Assembly (NCBI GenBank): GCA_965649825.1
Contig: OZ287707.1
Location: 550,292 to 614,291 of the forward strand
DNA length: 64,000 nucleotides
Direction: 5' to 3'
Origin: Penicillus capitatus
Lineage: Eukaryota > Plantae > Chlorophyta
The translations under genes were made by a program, and so were the position numbers. Positions 1 through 10,305 of the stretch are shown here, piece after piece (position 1 is the stretch's first letter; each line of letters begins with the position of its first letter). Below the pieces are notes generated by a model. The model was not told the DNA's origin and searched no databases. It was given only the letters and a program-made list of their open reading frames with translations.

Positions 1-289
1 TGCCATAAACCCACTTGACAGCACCAAATCCACGCCCTCTGGTTCTTGCCCTTCACAGAGGACGCAGAGATGACGTCCTATGAGAGCATAACATTTTACC
101 AGCCGCCTTCCCCCTGTGATCTGCACGACTGTCCACTGATCGTGTCCTCGAAGCCATCGGCGATGCGGCATGCCCCGAGAGAGGCCGCTGATTCCATGGA
201 CGGACACGCATCATGGGATCGGACAGAAGGAGGACTGTCAGCAGACGATGGCAAGATGTTCGCAAGATTCCGAAATTCTCATGTTCGTC

Positions 290-1859
290 ATGTTGCTTGA
301 TGTCTCGATTCTGCGGCTACTCGGTAAAGATGATTTTCGCGTCCTGCGCGCCGTCGAACTCGGAATGCGCAATGTAAGCGGATTGTACGTTTGGTTGCCC
401 ATAGTGATGTGGTGAGTGTAGCACGAGATCGTTCCGGTGCCCCTGATCGTGCAGGTGGCCCGTCTGAGACAGACTCTCTCCCTACGCTCCATTCGCGAAC
501 TGTTGAAGCACAAGCTGCTGCATCACGAGAATGTCCAATACGACGGATATCGCTTAACGACAGCTGGATATGATTTTCTGGCCATTCACACTTTGGTCTG
601 TCGCGGGAAGATTTATGGTTTTGGTCGTCGGATAGGAACGGGAAAAGAATCGGATATCTACGAAGTGCACAACGAAGCGCATTTCCAGAGAGGTGAAGCG
701 ACATTGGATATGCAGGTGACAAATGAAGAGGGGGAAGTTATGGTCATGAAACTGCATCGACTGGGGCGCATTTCTTTTCGCGCCGTCAAGAATAAACGGG
801 ATTACCTGCGCCATCGCAAGAATTTCAATTGGCTTTATCTGTCTCGACTAGCCGCTCTCGGAGAATACGCCTTCATGACGGCGCTCTCCAAAAGAGGCTT
901 CCCCACTCCAACACCTATCGATCAGAACAGGTACGTGCTCTCATGCCTGAAATCCATCTTCGCCATAAGAAGCACCTTTAGGCATGTCGTGTTAATGTCG
1001 GTGGCAAAGGGCTATCCCTTGTCTCAGATAAGGACGATGGGACATCCAGATATGGTGTTCGAGAAGATCATGCATTGGTTTGCTAAGTTTGTGGAAGTTG
1101 GTCTGGTGCATTGCGATTTCAACGAGTTCAATATCATGATCGATGAGGACGAGGAGATCACGATTATTGATTTCCCTCAAATGGTATCGGTATTCCACGA
1201 CAATGCCGAGGAGCTGTTCAACAGGGACAGACAATGCATCATCACGTCTGCACGATGATACAGTTGGACGCCGAACACGTTTCTGTCTGTTCTTAGTTTT
1301 TTCAAGAGGCGGTTTCATTTCGATCCAGATCGGGATGCACCTGAGGAAGCTGTTTGTCCTGAGTTCCGTTCCTTGATGGAGAGATACGGCGAGTTAGCGT
1401 CGTCGCAAGATGTGGACAGTCCGCTAGATCAGGAACTCCATGCGTCGGGTTTTAAGCGATCGCACAGAGAGGCGCTCGCGAAGCATGCTCAGGGAGACGA
1501 TCTTGATGAAGTTTCTTTTTCGGAAACGGCCTCGATCGATTCCGCATCGACAGACGCTGAGAAATCCGATGGGTACATCGCCTTGATATTTCTCTTGGCA
1601 AACGGATCGCATGTGTGAACAGAGAATACAGAGATAGCGAAAGAACAACGGAAGAGACGCTTCAGCCGATGACTTCTCTTTCAGGCAGCACCAAAAAAGT
1701 GCGTCTCTCTTCTTTTAGAACTGCCCCATGTGTCAGGCTTAGGATGTGGCCCAAAGAGTGACGCTCGAGCAGAGAAGAATGATGGCAAAGAGCATCAAAC
1801 ATCGTCGTTCCAGGAATAACAAGGACAAAAGACACAGCAAGCATTCGATAACGATGTAG
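290..1859 (+). CDS. RIO2: RIO2 atypical Ser/Thr kinase (40S biogenesis), spliced
   Basis: MLLDVSILRLLGKDDFRVLRAVELGMRN|HEIVP N-terminus, GKESDIY, KLHRLGRISFRAVKNKRDY, VHCDFNEFN, IIDFPQMVS. About six GT-AG introns of 44-51 nt. The basic C-terminal exon ends at TAG 1857-1859. Confidence 0.93.
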
Positions 1860-1922
1860 AGGATACATGCTGCTCATACCGTTCTTTCACATCTCATCAC
1901 GAGCCCGAAACATGTCTGGTGA

Positions 1923-2352
1923 TCAACCGACTCGCGCTACAGCGTCTTTTACCCGATTCTCGACAATGTTTATCTCCATAAGATGCCACAGCGCATGGCT
2001 GATGACGGTCGTCTTAACCGTCGTTGCCGGGCGATCCAGCATCAGTTTCGTCTCTCCTAGCAAATGCCGATTCGTCGATCGATGGGTAGTCGCATCTTTC
2101 GATTGCAAATGGCAAAAATGTCTGCACCTCCTTTCTCTTCAATCCACACGCTGTCGCTGTTTCGACCGGGACTCGTGAAAAGCTTCGACGCGAATCTGTG
2201 GATATCTTTGTCAAGAAATGCTAACAGATGGGAATCCTATTGGCGCGTCCTTGTCGAAACTGTCTCATCATTTTTGTGTACGATCTTTGTCTGTCGCACT
2301 TTCTGCTCTCTGCAATGCCTTTTCCCTTATTACGCAGCAGTACATTGGCCAT
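1923..2352 (-). CDS. small hypothetical protein, exon structure uncertain
   Basis: Open frames (LDKDIHRFASKLF..., GETKLMLDRPATTVKTTVISHALWHLMEINIVENRVKDAVARVG*) can be joined across GT-AG introns. No family recognised. Confidence 0.3.
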
Positions 2353-2419
2353 GACACATAACAAAACCTCCAGCGATAGTTTCTTCTGTTTGAGAAACAT
2401 TGTTTCTTGCATATCACTG

Positions 2420-4488
2420 TCATGCTTCGCCTTTCCGAATGAGTTGTATCACGTTTCTCTCTTTCTGCAACATCTGGTCGACTTTCAAACTGTCCACATG
2501 CGCTTCCATCTGCATAAACAATATCATTGATATCAAGTGTCGGATGACAAGGACTGGATGGAGAGTACTTACCGTCTTGAACGCAGTCGATATGATAGCA
2601 ACCAACAGTAACAGGTTAAGAATGCCAATGGCAGTTCCCAGCCAGAGCTCGCAGAGCAAATCGAGCGACATGCAACACACGATAACGACAAATAAAAAAC
2701 AAGCGCCGAAGAGCCGAGTCTGAAATAGGCTCTTTCTGAGGTGATGCAATGTCTCCTTTCCTGGGATCACTCCTCTGATACCCACTTCCATCTGACAGCA
2801 AAAGTGTCAAGTTATAGATAGGAAGGGGCATAAGTACTCCGGAGAGGTGTTCCGTAATGTTCGTCGCATTTTGTCCGATCGGCAGCAGAGCGACAAGAAA
2901 AGCAACAGTGGCAAACAGCAGGATCTGTGCAAAAGTGCCTTCCGTCATTCTGCTCAAAGATGGCCACCGTTGGAGAAGCACAGTGAGAAGACATGTCAGC
3001 GACGAAGAAATGAACAGAGCCTAGATTCAACCGGCACTGTTGAAGGCTGTTATCCACTCGGCAATCACACCGTTATTGCTGTCTGTGAAATCTGGAGAGG
3101 AAAATAAGGGGCACTCGTGATGGAGACCGGCATTGGACGCTTCGTGGGTATCAATCTCCTCACATTCGCGTCATATGACGCCTAACACAGATCGACTGTC
3201 GAACAGCATGACTCAGCTAACAGACCATACCTTTGAGGGCCGCATGCTATAGTTGGTAAGTGGCAATCGGACTTGGACTTCATTAAAGATGGTGCACAGA
3301 GTGACGACGCCAACGTACAATGCAAACACAACTCCCACCTTCCAAATAGGAACAGTCCCCTGCCTGACAGACATCGCAATAGACCAGAGCCTCTTTCCAA
3401 ATCCTGTCGAGCAACATAAAGACGAAGTCTATTTCGTATGCCGTGTCTCGTGCCTGAAAGCGTCAAGGCCAAGAGCAAGAATCCTGTCCCCTCTCCGAAT
3501 CCGTAGTGCTGAATGATGTTACAGCAGAACCGAGTGATTGTGAGCGCAGCGAGCATGTCTGCCACTGCGATCGCAAACAAAAGGTTTGTCCCAGGAATGA
3601 ATGTCTTCAGGAACAGTGCCTTGTGAAACGCCTGGATATCACATGAGAACTATCGCACTCTTAATAAGGTTACAGACCAGGAGAAATCCAATGAACAAGG
3701 CAACGTTGAATGACACCTTCTCGATCTCTCTCTATGGACAGCCTTCAGAAAAGCGCATACGATTGCGAATGCATTTGTTCTTACGTTTGTTAACGTACCC
3801 ATCTTTTTCCTGCTCAGTATCTCCTGGAAAGGGCCTGGGAGTATTTGAAAGACGGGTACGTTAAGTACTAGCTGCATCAAGAATCCAGAGACAATGATAG
3901 GTCCAATGCCAAGCAGTGCAATATTCAGAGGAATGCTGTCCTCTGCCATAAAGATCCGCTCCAACATTATCTGCTCTGCGATGTACATTCCAATCGCCAT
4001 CTTCGCATGACCATGGCAAGATTCACCTGGTGAACTGAGCTGCAGGTTTTCTGGGATTTTGTTTGGCTCGATGCCCGTGATCGGCAAAAAGTATAGCCCA
4101 CGAATAACGCACAACATGGACAGGGTTGTCCAGATCTTGTCAATGATCGTCCAGTCACGAACAAACGGAAATAGAGGCTTAATCAACTCAACCAGTCTAG
4201 ATCCACAGATCCATGTCGAGAAGAGCATCACAGTTGCCATGCGTTTGTTTACTCAGAATTGCGTTTCTTGAACCCTAGTCTATCAAAACCGCTTCCGTCG
4301 GATGTGTCGCCTTCGGATGACAAGCAAACTGACACATTTCCTCTTTTAGGCCGATGGATGGCTCGAAATCCAACACAGCGAGACACGGCTCTCCCAGTCG
4401 AGGAGAGATGCTGGCGTTTTGACGCAGGGATGCTGAGGATCGACCGCCGTGGCGTTGTCGACATCACCCTGCCCGTTGCCACCTTCAT
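2420..4488 (-). CDS. SCY2: divergent plastid SecY-family translocon subunit, SCY2-like
   Basis: Ser/Arg-rich transit-like N-terminus (MKVATGRVMSTTPRRS...). SecY segments: KIWTTLSMLCVIRGLYFLPITG, LGIGPIIVSGFLMQLV, TRFCCNIIQHYGFGEGTGFLL, GVIPGKETLHHLRKSLFQTRLFGACFL. The GFG and TRLFG segments resemble plant SCY2 more than SCY1. Confidence 0.7.
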
Positions 4489-4550
4489 CGACCAAACTGT
4501 ACGACACAAGAACCACTATCTCGGTCTTTGTCTTCGTTACTGTCGACCAG

Positions 4551-5924
4551 ATGCTGCGTCAAGCGACGCTCTTTCCACACAAAGACCTCGCTTCGACGTT
4601 TCTTTCGCCGACGACGCGTTGTTCGGCACAGGGCGAGGATACGGGTTCAGATGAGAGGGCCGTCCAGTCTCTGGCGCCAGACGAAGCGTTGAGATTTCTT
4701 GAGGAAAAGCAAAAGGCGCTGCAGAGATGGCACGACTCGGTGGCTTCCCTGTACCACAATGCATTCAATTTGTCTGGACGTGTTGTCGATCTCCCAACGG
4801 AGAAGCAGAATTTCGCAGAGCTCAGACGCGTCAATCAGACCAGCACCGGACTGTCGATTTTCCTGGATGCGTTGCTGAGAGACGAAGAACCTATACCCCT
4901 TTCTCAGACGGAAGATGCAGAGAAGCTACGTACTCTCAAGAAAACGCGACAAGATTATCAGCGTGACAATCGCACCCTCGCGTCCTCTCTGTCTACACAA
5001 TATGAATCTCTCACTACTTCGATCGATGACGCCGTGCAGAGACTGAAGGAGTTGATATCTTTGAACCCTCTTCATAAACGACGTGAACAGATGGTCTCGC
5101 GGAGAGAAGCTCTGAATCAAGCAATCGAGGCAGAAAAGCAAAAGAGCATGACATTACTCTCTGAGATTCAGGAGATCGATGCCGAAGGAAAGCATTTCGA
5201 AGAGGCTGTGCAAAAAGAGACTGCCGAAATCAGTGTTCTCAGAGAAACGATCCAAAGACGACAGCAGGACACGCGATCGAGACAGGAGTGTCGAGAACAG
5301 GAACGACGAAGAACGCAGCAACGTTTAGGCGAAGTGGAGAAGATGGGACAGCTGCTGGCGAAGATCGGGGGGATCGAGATCGAGGGTGTGCCAAACAATC
5401 CCCTGACTTTAAAACTGAGGACAGATGTCCAATGTCCAACGATGGTAGCAGGAAGAGAGACATCCCGTCGTTTTGAACATCACCTAACGCTGGAGCTCAA
5501 TCCAGCTTCGCTCACTGTCTGCTCAGCTCGTTTGGTACCGCAGGAGATCATCTGTCTGGAAAGTGTGACGACGGGACACGCACTCTCTTCTGCCGTGTCG
5601 CATATTAGAAGTTTGTTGTTTTTGGTGTTGAGTCGACGGGCACATCTGGAGGCTCTTTCGGATTATCAGTTTGTTGGGATCGAAGGAGAGGACGGTGTTT
5701 GGAGAGTGGTCTTGCCGAACGGTATGGCGGCCGAAATCCTGCTGCCTAGAAACTGGCCATTCGGTCCAAAAGCCGAAATCAGACTTCTGGATGTTCAAGG
5801 GCCTTCAACATCTATCTGTATCCGTCCAGCGATGACCAAGATCCAAGAGCAATGCTTCACGGATCTGGGCACCTTGCTTCGATCATTGTGCCAAGAACTG
5901 GACGTACTCATCGCGACGTCGTGA
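4551..5924 (+). CDS. coiled-coil + putative tandem RWD protein, Zwint-1-like kinetochore candidate
   Basis: A long coiled coil is followed by HHLTLELNPASLTVCSARLVP and AEILLPRNWPFGPKAEIRLL (RWD-like xWP motif). Uninterrupted ORF. The ATG at 4551 was chosen over the track's alternative start. Confidence 0.55.
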   Translation: MLRQATLFPHKDLASTFLSPTTRCSAQGEDTGSDERAVQSLAPDEALRFLEEKQKALQRWHDSVASLYHNAFNLSGRVVDLPTEKQNFAELRRVNQTSTGLSIFLDALLRDEEPIPLSQTEDAEKLRTLKKTRQDYQRDNRTLASSLSTQYESLTTSIDDAVQRLKELISLNPLHKRREQMVSRREALNQAIEAEKQKSMTLLSEIQEIDAEGKHFEEAVQKETAEISVLRETIQRRQQDTRSRQECREQERRRTQQRLGEVEKMGQLLAKIGGIEIEGVPNNPLTLKLRTDVQCPTMVAGRETSRRFEHHLTLELNPASLTVCSARLVPQEIICLESVTTGHALSSAVSHIRSLLFLVLSRRAHLEALSDYQFVGIEGEDGVWRVVLPNGMAAEILLPRNWPFGPKAEIRLLDVQGPSTSICIRPAMTKIQEQCFTDLGTLLRSLCQELDVLIATS

Positions 5925-6002
5925 ACAGAGACGCGTTTGGGAAAAATCAAGATTCCTCAAAAAGAGGTCCGGGTTCAAAAATGTAAGATATGGTGTGGAG
6001 TT

Positions 6003-6826
6003 TTAGGGAAAAGCAGCAAATTCCAGAACCTTCCCCACAATTTCAAATCCTGTCGGAATCTGAGATGCAAAGAGAAGCACGTTCGCGACATTAAGGGCAA
6101 TATGCATGGTCCGTGCTGTGTCATTTCCTTTCTGCATATACGGCACAAGCGCTGCTGCTGCAGCCCATAACACAACAATGGCTGCTCCGGAATACAAGTG
6201 AGGACCTGGAAAGAGCTTATTCGTGCGGAGATAGGTATTCGCACATCCAAACACGGCGGTAAAGGTGCCTCCACCTAACAAGAGTGAACCCATGTCCCAG
6301 TGTTTGTCACGAAAACCGCCAGCAGCCAGTTCTTTGCGTGTCTGCGACAACACGATGCTTCAAAGCTATGTGCGAGTGAAGAGGGGTTTTTCACCGTCTC
6401 TAGAGATGCAATCTGATCGGCGACAGGTGAAGGTGGCACGTTGCCTTCGGCATCCGGTTTGGGTAGTTGCTTCTTGAGATCGCGAATCTCGTTTCCCACT
6501 TCCCTGAGACGTCGCCATTGCCATCCAAGCCATCCGGCGTAGACAGTGGCGCCAAACAGTCCCAGCATGACAGCAGGATGGACAAGGGATATGGTGGCCC
6601 CTTCCAGGATGCCATACTCGCGATCCACTGCCCAGGCACGACCCGTGGCGCCAAGCCATGTCAGTGCGGTGCCAGCCGCGATCGCTCTTGCTTTTGAAGG
6701 GATCGTCTCCATAACCTCCCCATTCGACTGCGATGTCTTTTCAGCGTTCGCCACAATCGAAGGCCGAGCCGGACGCGGCGTTGTCAATGTGCAGACGCTC
6801 CTTCCGATCGACCGTGTCGCCGTCAT
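6003..6826 (-). CDS. DUF4079 plastid membrane protein
   Basis: HPAVMLGLFGATVYAGWLGWQWRR, RDKHWDMGSLLL, KLFPGPHLYSG, ARTMHIALN, QIPTG. One 53-nt intron and a transit-like N-terminus. Confidence 0.85.
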
Positions 6827-7164
6827 TCCTGCTTACCAAATCAATCAGTTATTATCGATGTCGTATCGCATTGTCTGTCTCCATACCTTGCTCATGCACC
6901 ACGCGTAAGGAAGCTGTGCGGAAGCGCGTCGCAACGCAGACTACTCGCGAATCGATTCGGTCTCACTCTAACACACAAGTTGCCGTCGTCAAAACCTAAG
7001 AATCGCATCATCATTATCATCATCGACCCAAAGGATCAAAAACGCTGAAGTCTGTGAAACCACAACGCTATCCTTTTGATGATCTCAGTTCACCATGCTC
7101 AATAAAGAGATTCAGATGAGTGAATGCATGAGCGAGAGACGAGAATCAAAAGAAAACAGAAGAT

Positions 7165-7797
7165 CTAGACAGTTAAACGTTGATCTTTTTGATCATGCAA
7201 GGTGAACACCAATTTCCCGCTCTCCAGGATCTTCAAGTGCTGCTTCAGCTGTTTTCCCACACTTCGCATCGCATCGTCATTTTCACCATTCCGTGTCCAC
7301 AGCTGCATACGGAAACGTCCGGAACGAATGCTGCAAAAAAGACCGCAAATCTCATCGCTTTCATCAAATTGCTCTCCCACCACAGCCATGGAGGCATTCA
7401 TCCACAGACTATCGATATCGGGCAAGTTACGCGTATTCTTGTCGATATTGAGTGTCCAGGAACCACCGTTTCCATTACTGGGGTCCTCCCATTCGGGATC
7501 GATTCCTTGCTTGAACAGGAGGTAGTCTGTTCCGGGTGGAAACTCGCTCGGGAGTTTGATATTGTTGTACAGCCGCCAAAAATCTTCGACGGTGCTAAAC
7601 GTGTAGACCTTGCGTCGGCTCTGTCCATACGTTGACGTGTTCTGCGATTTTTGGTGGCTGTCGAACCACAAGACCCATGTGTACTCGAGTTTGTGATTTC
7701 CTTCTTCGTCCAATTCGCCTTCGTCTTTCTCATCCGTTGTCTGTTCCGCCGTCTCTTCTGCAGGCACGGCTTCAGCTGGTGCGTCCGCTTTCGACAT
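7165..7797 (-). CDS. EIF4E: eIF4E-family cap-binding protein (Tyr at the W56-equivalent position)
   Basis: HKLEYTWVLWF, FSTVEDFW, FKQGIDPEWED, GGSW, QLW. Intronless, 210 aa. Confidence 0.92.
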   Translation of the reverse strand: MSKADAPAEAVPAEETAEQTTDEKDEGELDEEGNHKLEYTWVLWFDSHQKSQNTSTYGQSRRKVYTFSTVEDFWRLYNNIKLPSEFPPGTDYLLFKQGIDPEWEDPSNGNGGSWTLNIDKNTRNLPDIDSLWMNASMAVVGEQFDESDEICGLFCSIRSGRFRMQLWTRNGENDDAMRSVGKQLKQHLKILESGKLVFTLHDQKDQRLTV

Positions 7798-8070
7798 TGT
7801 GATGGAGGCTTTTGCGTCGCGAACGTACCAACAACGACAAACAATCGAGATAACGTTGACGACGTCGACGGGAATGGAAACGTCGAGGCGACAGTGATGT
7901 GACCGTCGTGTACGTCTCTCGACGTCGTCGCTTCAAATACTAAACTTGACGGTGTCTTTCTATCGTCACCTTTCGCTTGTGCGAGCATCGCTCTTTCCGC
8001 GCACGTGTGCTGTCGGTACGTTCGTTGTTGAGGTTATCGCTTTTCCTTTTCGGTTGGTACGCGGTTCGTC

Positions 8071-9224
8071 ATGACAGACTCCGCAAAAGAGACGACGCCG
8101 ACAGCCGTCGTCTCCTCCAAGTCGGCAAAGAAGAAAGCCGGCAGCGTCGAGGGGAAGATTCAAGAAAACGAGGTGCATTTTCTATACCGCGACGCATCGA
8201 TGAGATAGACATACGGCTTCTCAGATTCGCGTAACGGCTCAAGGCAAGATGCGGAACTACGTTGCTTACGCCGCCACGATTTTTTCGGTAACATCGGTCG
8301 ATTCAGTGACTCTTCATTACCTCGTATCTTGTCTTGCGACAGGAAAGCAAATCACATACCGTCGTGCTGAAAGGCATGGGACGCGTCATCAACAAGACGG
8401 TTTCTCTAGGTAAGCGCCGACGCAAAGACGTCGCGATAACGCGTCTGTGTTCGATAGCCGAGATTCTCAAGAGGAGAGTGAAGGGATTGTACCAATTGGC
8501 TGAGATTGGATCGATTCAAGTCGTGGATAAGAAAACAGGCAAAGTGGAAGGAGAGACGACAGAAGTTGTTCGTCTGTTGTCGGTGATCAAGATTGTGCTC
8601 ACGACAGAGCCAGAAGATAAAGCAAAGTATCAGGCACCGGTGGACGAATCTCAGGTAGAGCCCCTGGCGACATCAACGCCCAAGAAGACACGGGAGAATC
8701 GAAATCGTAAGAAATCGAAGGCATCGAAGAAGATCGAACAGGAAGCGAAGGAGACTGTCCCTGTCGTGAAGGAAACGGAAGAACCTCCTCCCACAGAGAA
8801 AGCCCCATCTCAGAAAGATGAAGATCCCAAAGAAGAGACCCAGCCACCGCCGATGGCGGAAACTGGGGAAGCCAGCGACGAGAAGAGGAATGCCAAAAAA
8901 GCCAAACGCCGCAACTATAAGAAAGCCAAGAAGGCGAAGAAAGAGGCGGCCGTTGCTGCTGCAGCTGCTGATAAGGAAGTGGAGGAGGAAGAAGAAGAAG
9001 AAGAAGCGAAGATTGACGTAGGAGCGAAAGAGACGAAGAAAGAGAAGCCCACGACGACCGCTGACACAAATACCACGACTACCCCTAACACTAACACGAC
9101 GAACAGTACGAACACCACCACGAAAGAGGCCAAGAAAGAGAAGCCAGCACCTTCCAAGGAGACCGAGAAAGAGCAATCGTCGGTGGAGGCTGCTGCTCCG
9201 GCCCCCGAAACAGTCAGCGCCTAG
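8071..9224 (+). CDS. Alba/RPP25-like nucleic-acid-binding protein with a long K/E/T-rich tail
   Basis: Spliced EIRVTAQGKMRNYVAYA...VVLKGMGRVINKTVSLAEILKRRVKGLYQ. Introns of 52, 55 and 48 nt. Confidence 0.85.
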
Positions 9225-9529
9225 TCTGACTGTTTGTGCGTCATTTGTTTTGATGACAGAAAGATCTCAGCGCCTGGGATCATACTAGTAGGATGATTGT
9301 CGTAGTTGTGTTGTAATTCTTTTCTTTTTCGTGAGCGAGTGCCTGTGCTTGTGGTTGGTTTGTTTTCTTATACGTTGGGTGGGGCAATTCTGTCTGTTCC
9401 TGTTTGAGAAACGCATCCTCAGCGACAACGCATGTGTCTAAGACTTGCAGTATTAACCTTTCACATTACTGAAAACCTTCATCCCTCACGTGTATGGCAG
9501 CTATGATGATTGCGAGATAGATGATCCCA

Positions 9530-10276
9530 TCATGAACGCGACTGGCTCCTGGGAAAGAGTTCGTCGATTCTTTGCATCATTTTCAAAGGACCTTCTGGGA
9601 CATAAGGAACGGGCCTGAATGTCGTGACCAAGCACAGCCTCTGAAGCAGAATCTGAGGTGTCGCTGTCATCTGTGATAAGACGTGCCGTTTTGTTTCATC
9701 TGTTGTTTGGTTGGGCATATTACCAGATGTCCCATCCGCTCGAGGCGATGCGCAAGCTCGATCTGATGGTTGTGCATGAGACGGGCATTGGGCACAACGA
9801 GCAGCAGCTTCTTTGCCTGTAACCCTTCAAATACGCTTCCCGCCCCTAAACACCGATCCATCACTCTCTCCAATAACCGCATCGTCCGTCATCTACCGGC
9901 ATGGCAGATGATGAGAGTCGATTTCGCCACGTACTCGGCAACCGACTTAACATACTCAAAGCACCTGTCACATCACATGCAGATGTTTCCTGAACCGGTG
10001 GGTCGGCCATCAACAAACCGTACCGAACAGTCAAGCCACACTCCAGGATGTTGCTGGTCTCTCCTGCTGACAGCAGATGATGGACGCGATATCTTCCCTT
10101 TCCTTGTTGGATGATGAGCTCTTTGTATCCCATAGAGACGAGTGTCTCCGCTACTTGTACATCGTCTACAGCTCTGTTTCGTTTCTTTTTTAACGAACTC
10201 ACGTAAGTGGTGGGCTCTACTGGATCAACTCATCGAATTCGGTGCTGCCGACGGTCACGAAAGCGGTCTTCTCCAT
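9530..10276 (-). CDS. ALG13: UDP-GlcNAc transferase catalytic subunit ALG13
   Basis: MEKTAFVTVGSTEFDELIQ|AVD..., LIICHA|GAGSVFEG, LLVVPNARLMHNHQIELA. Confidence 0.9.
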
Positions 10277-10305
10277 TAGATGATACCATTCATGCTCATT
10301 TGGCC

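Noticed and set aside
1-265. Possible first exon of a minus-strand gene running off the window edge
   Set aside because: Too little sequence to support a call.
1738-1870. Two-helix hydrophobic peptide on the minus strand (ILYIVIECLLCLLSLLFL...)
   Set aside because: It is the reverse complement of the Lys/Arg-rich last exon of RIO2, which produces hydrophobic codons automatically.
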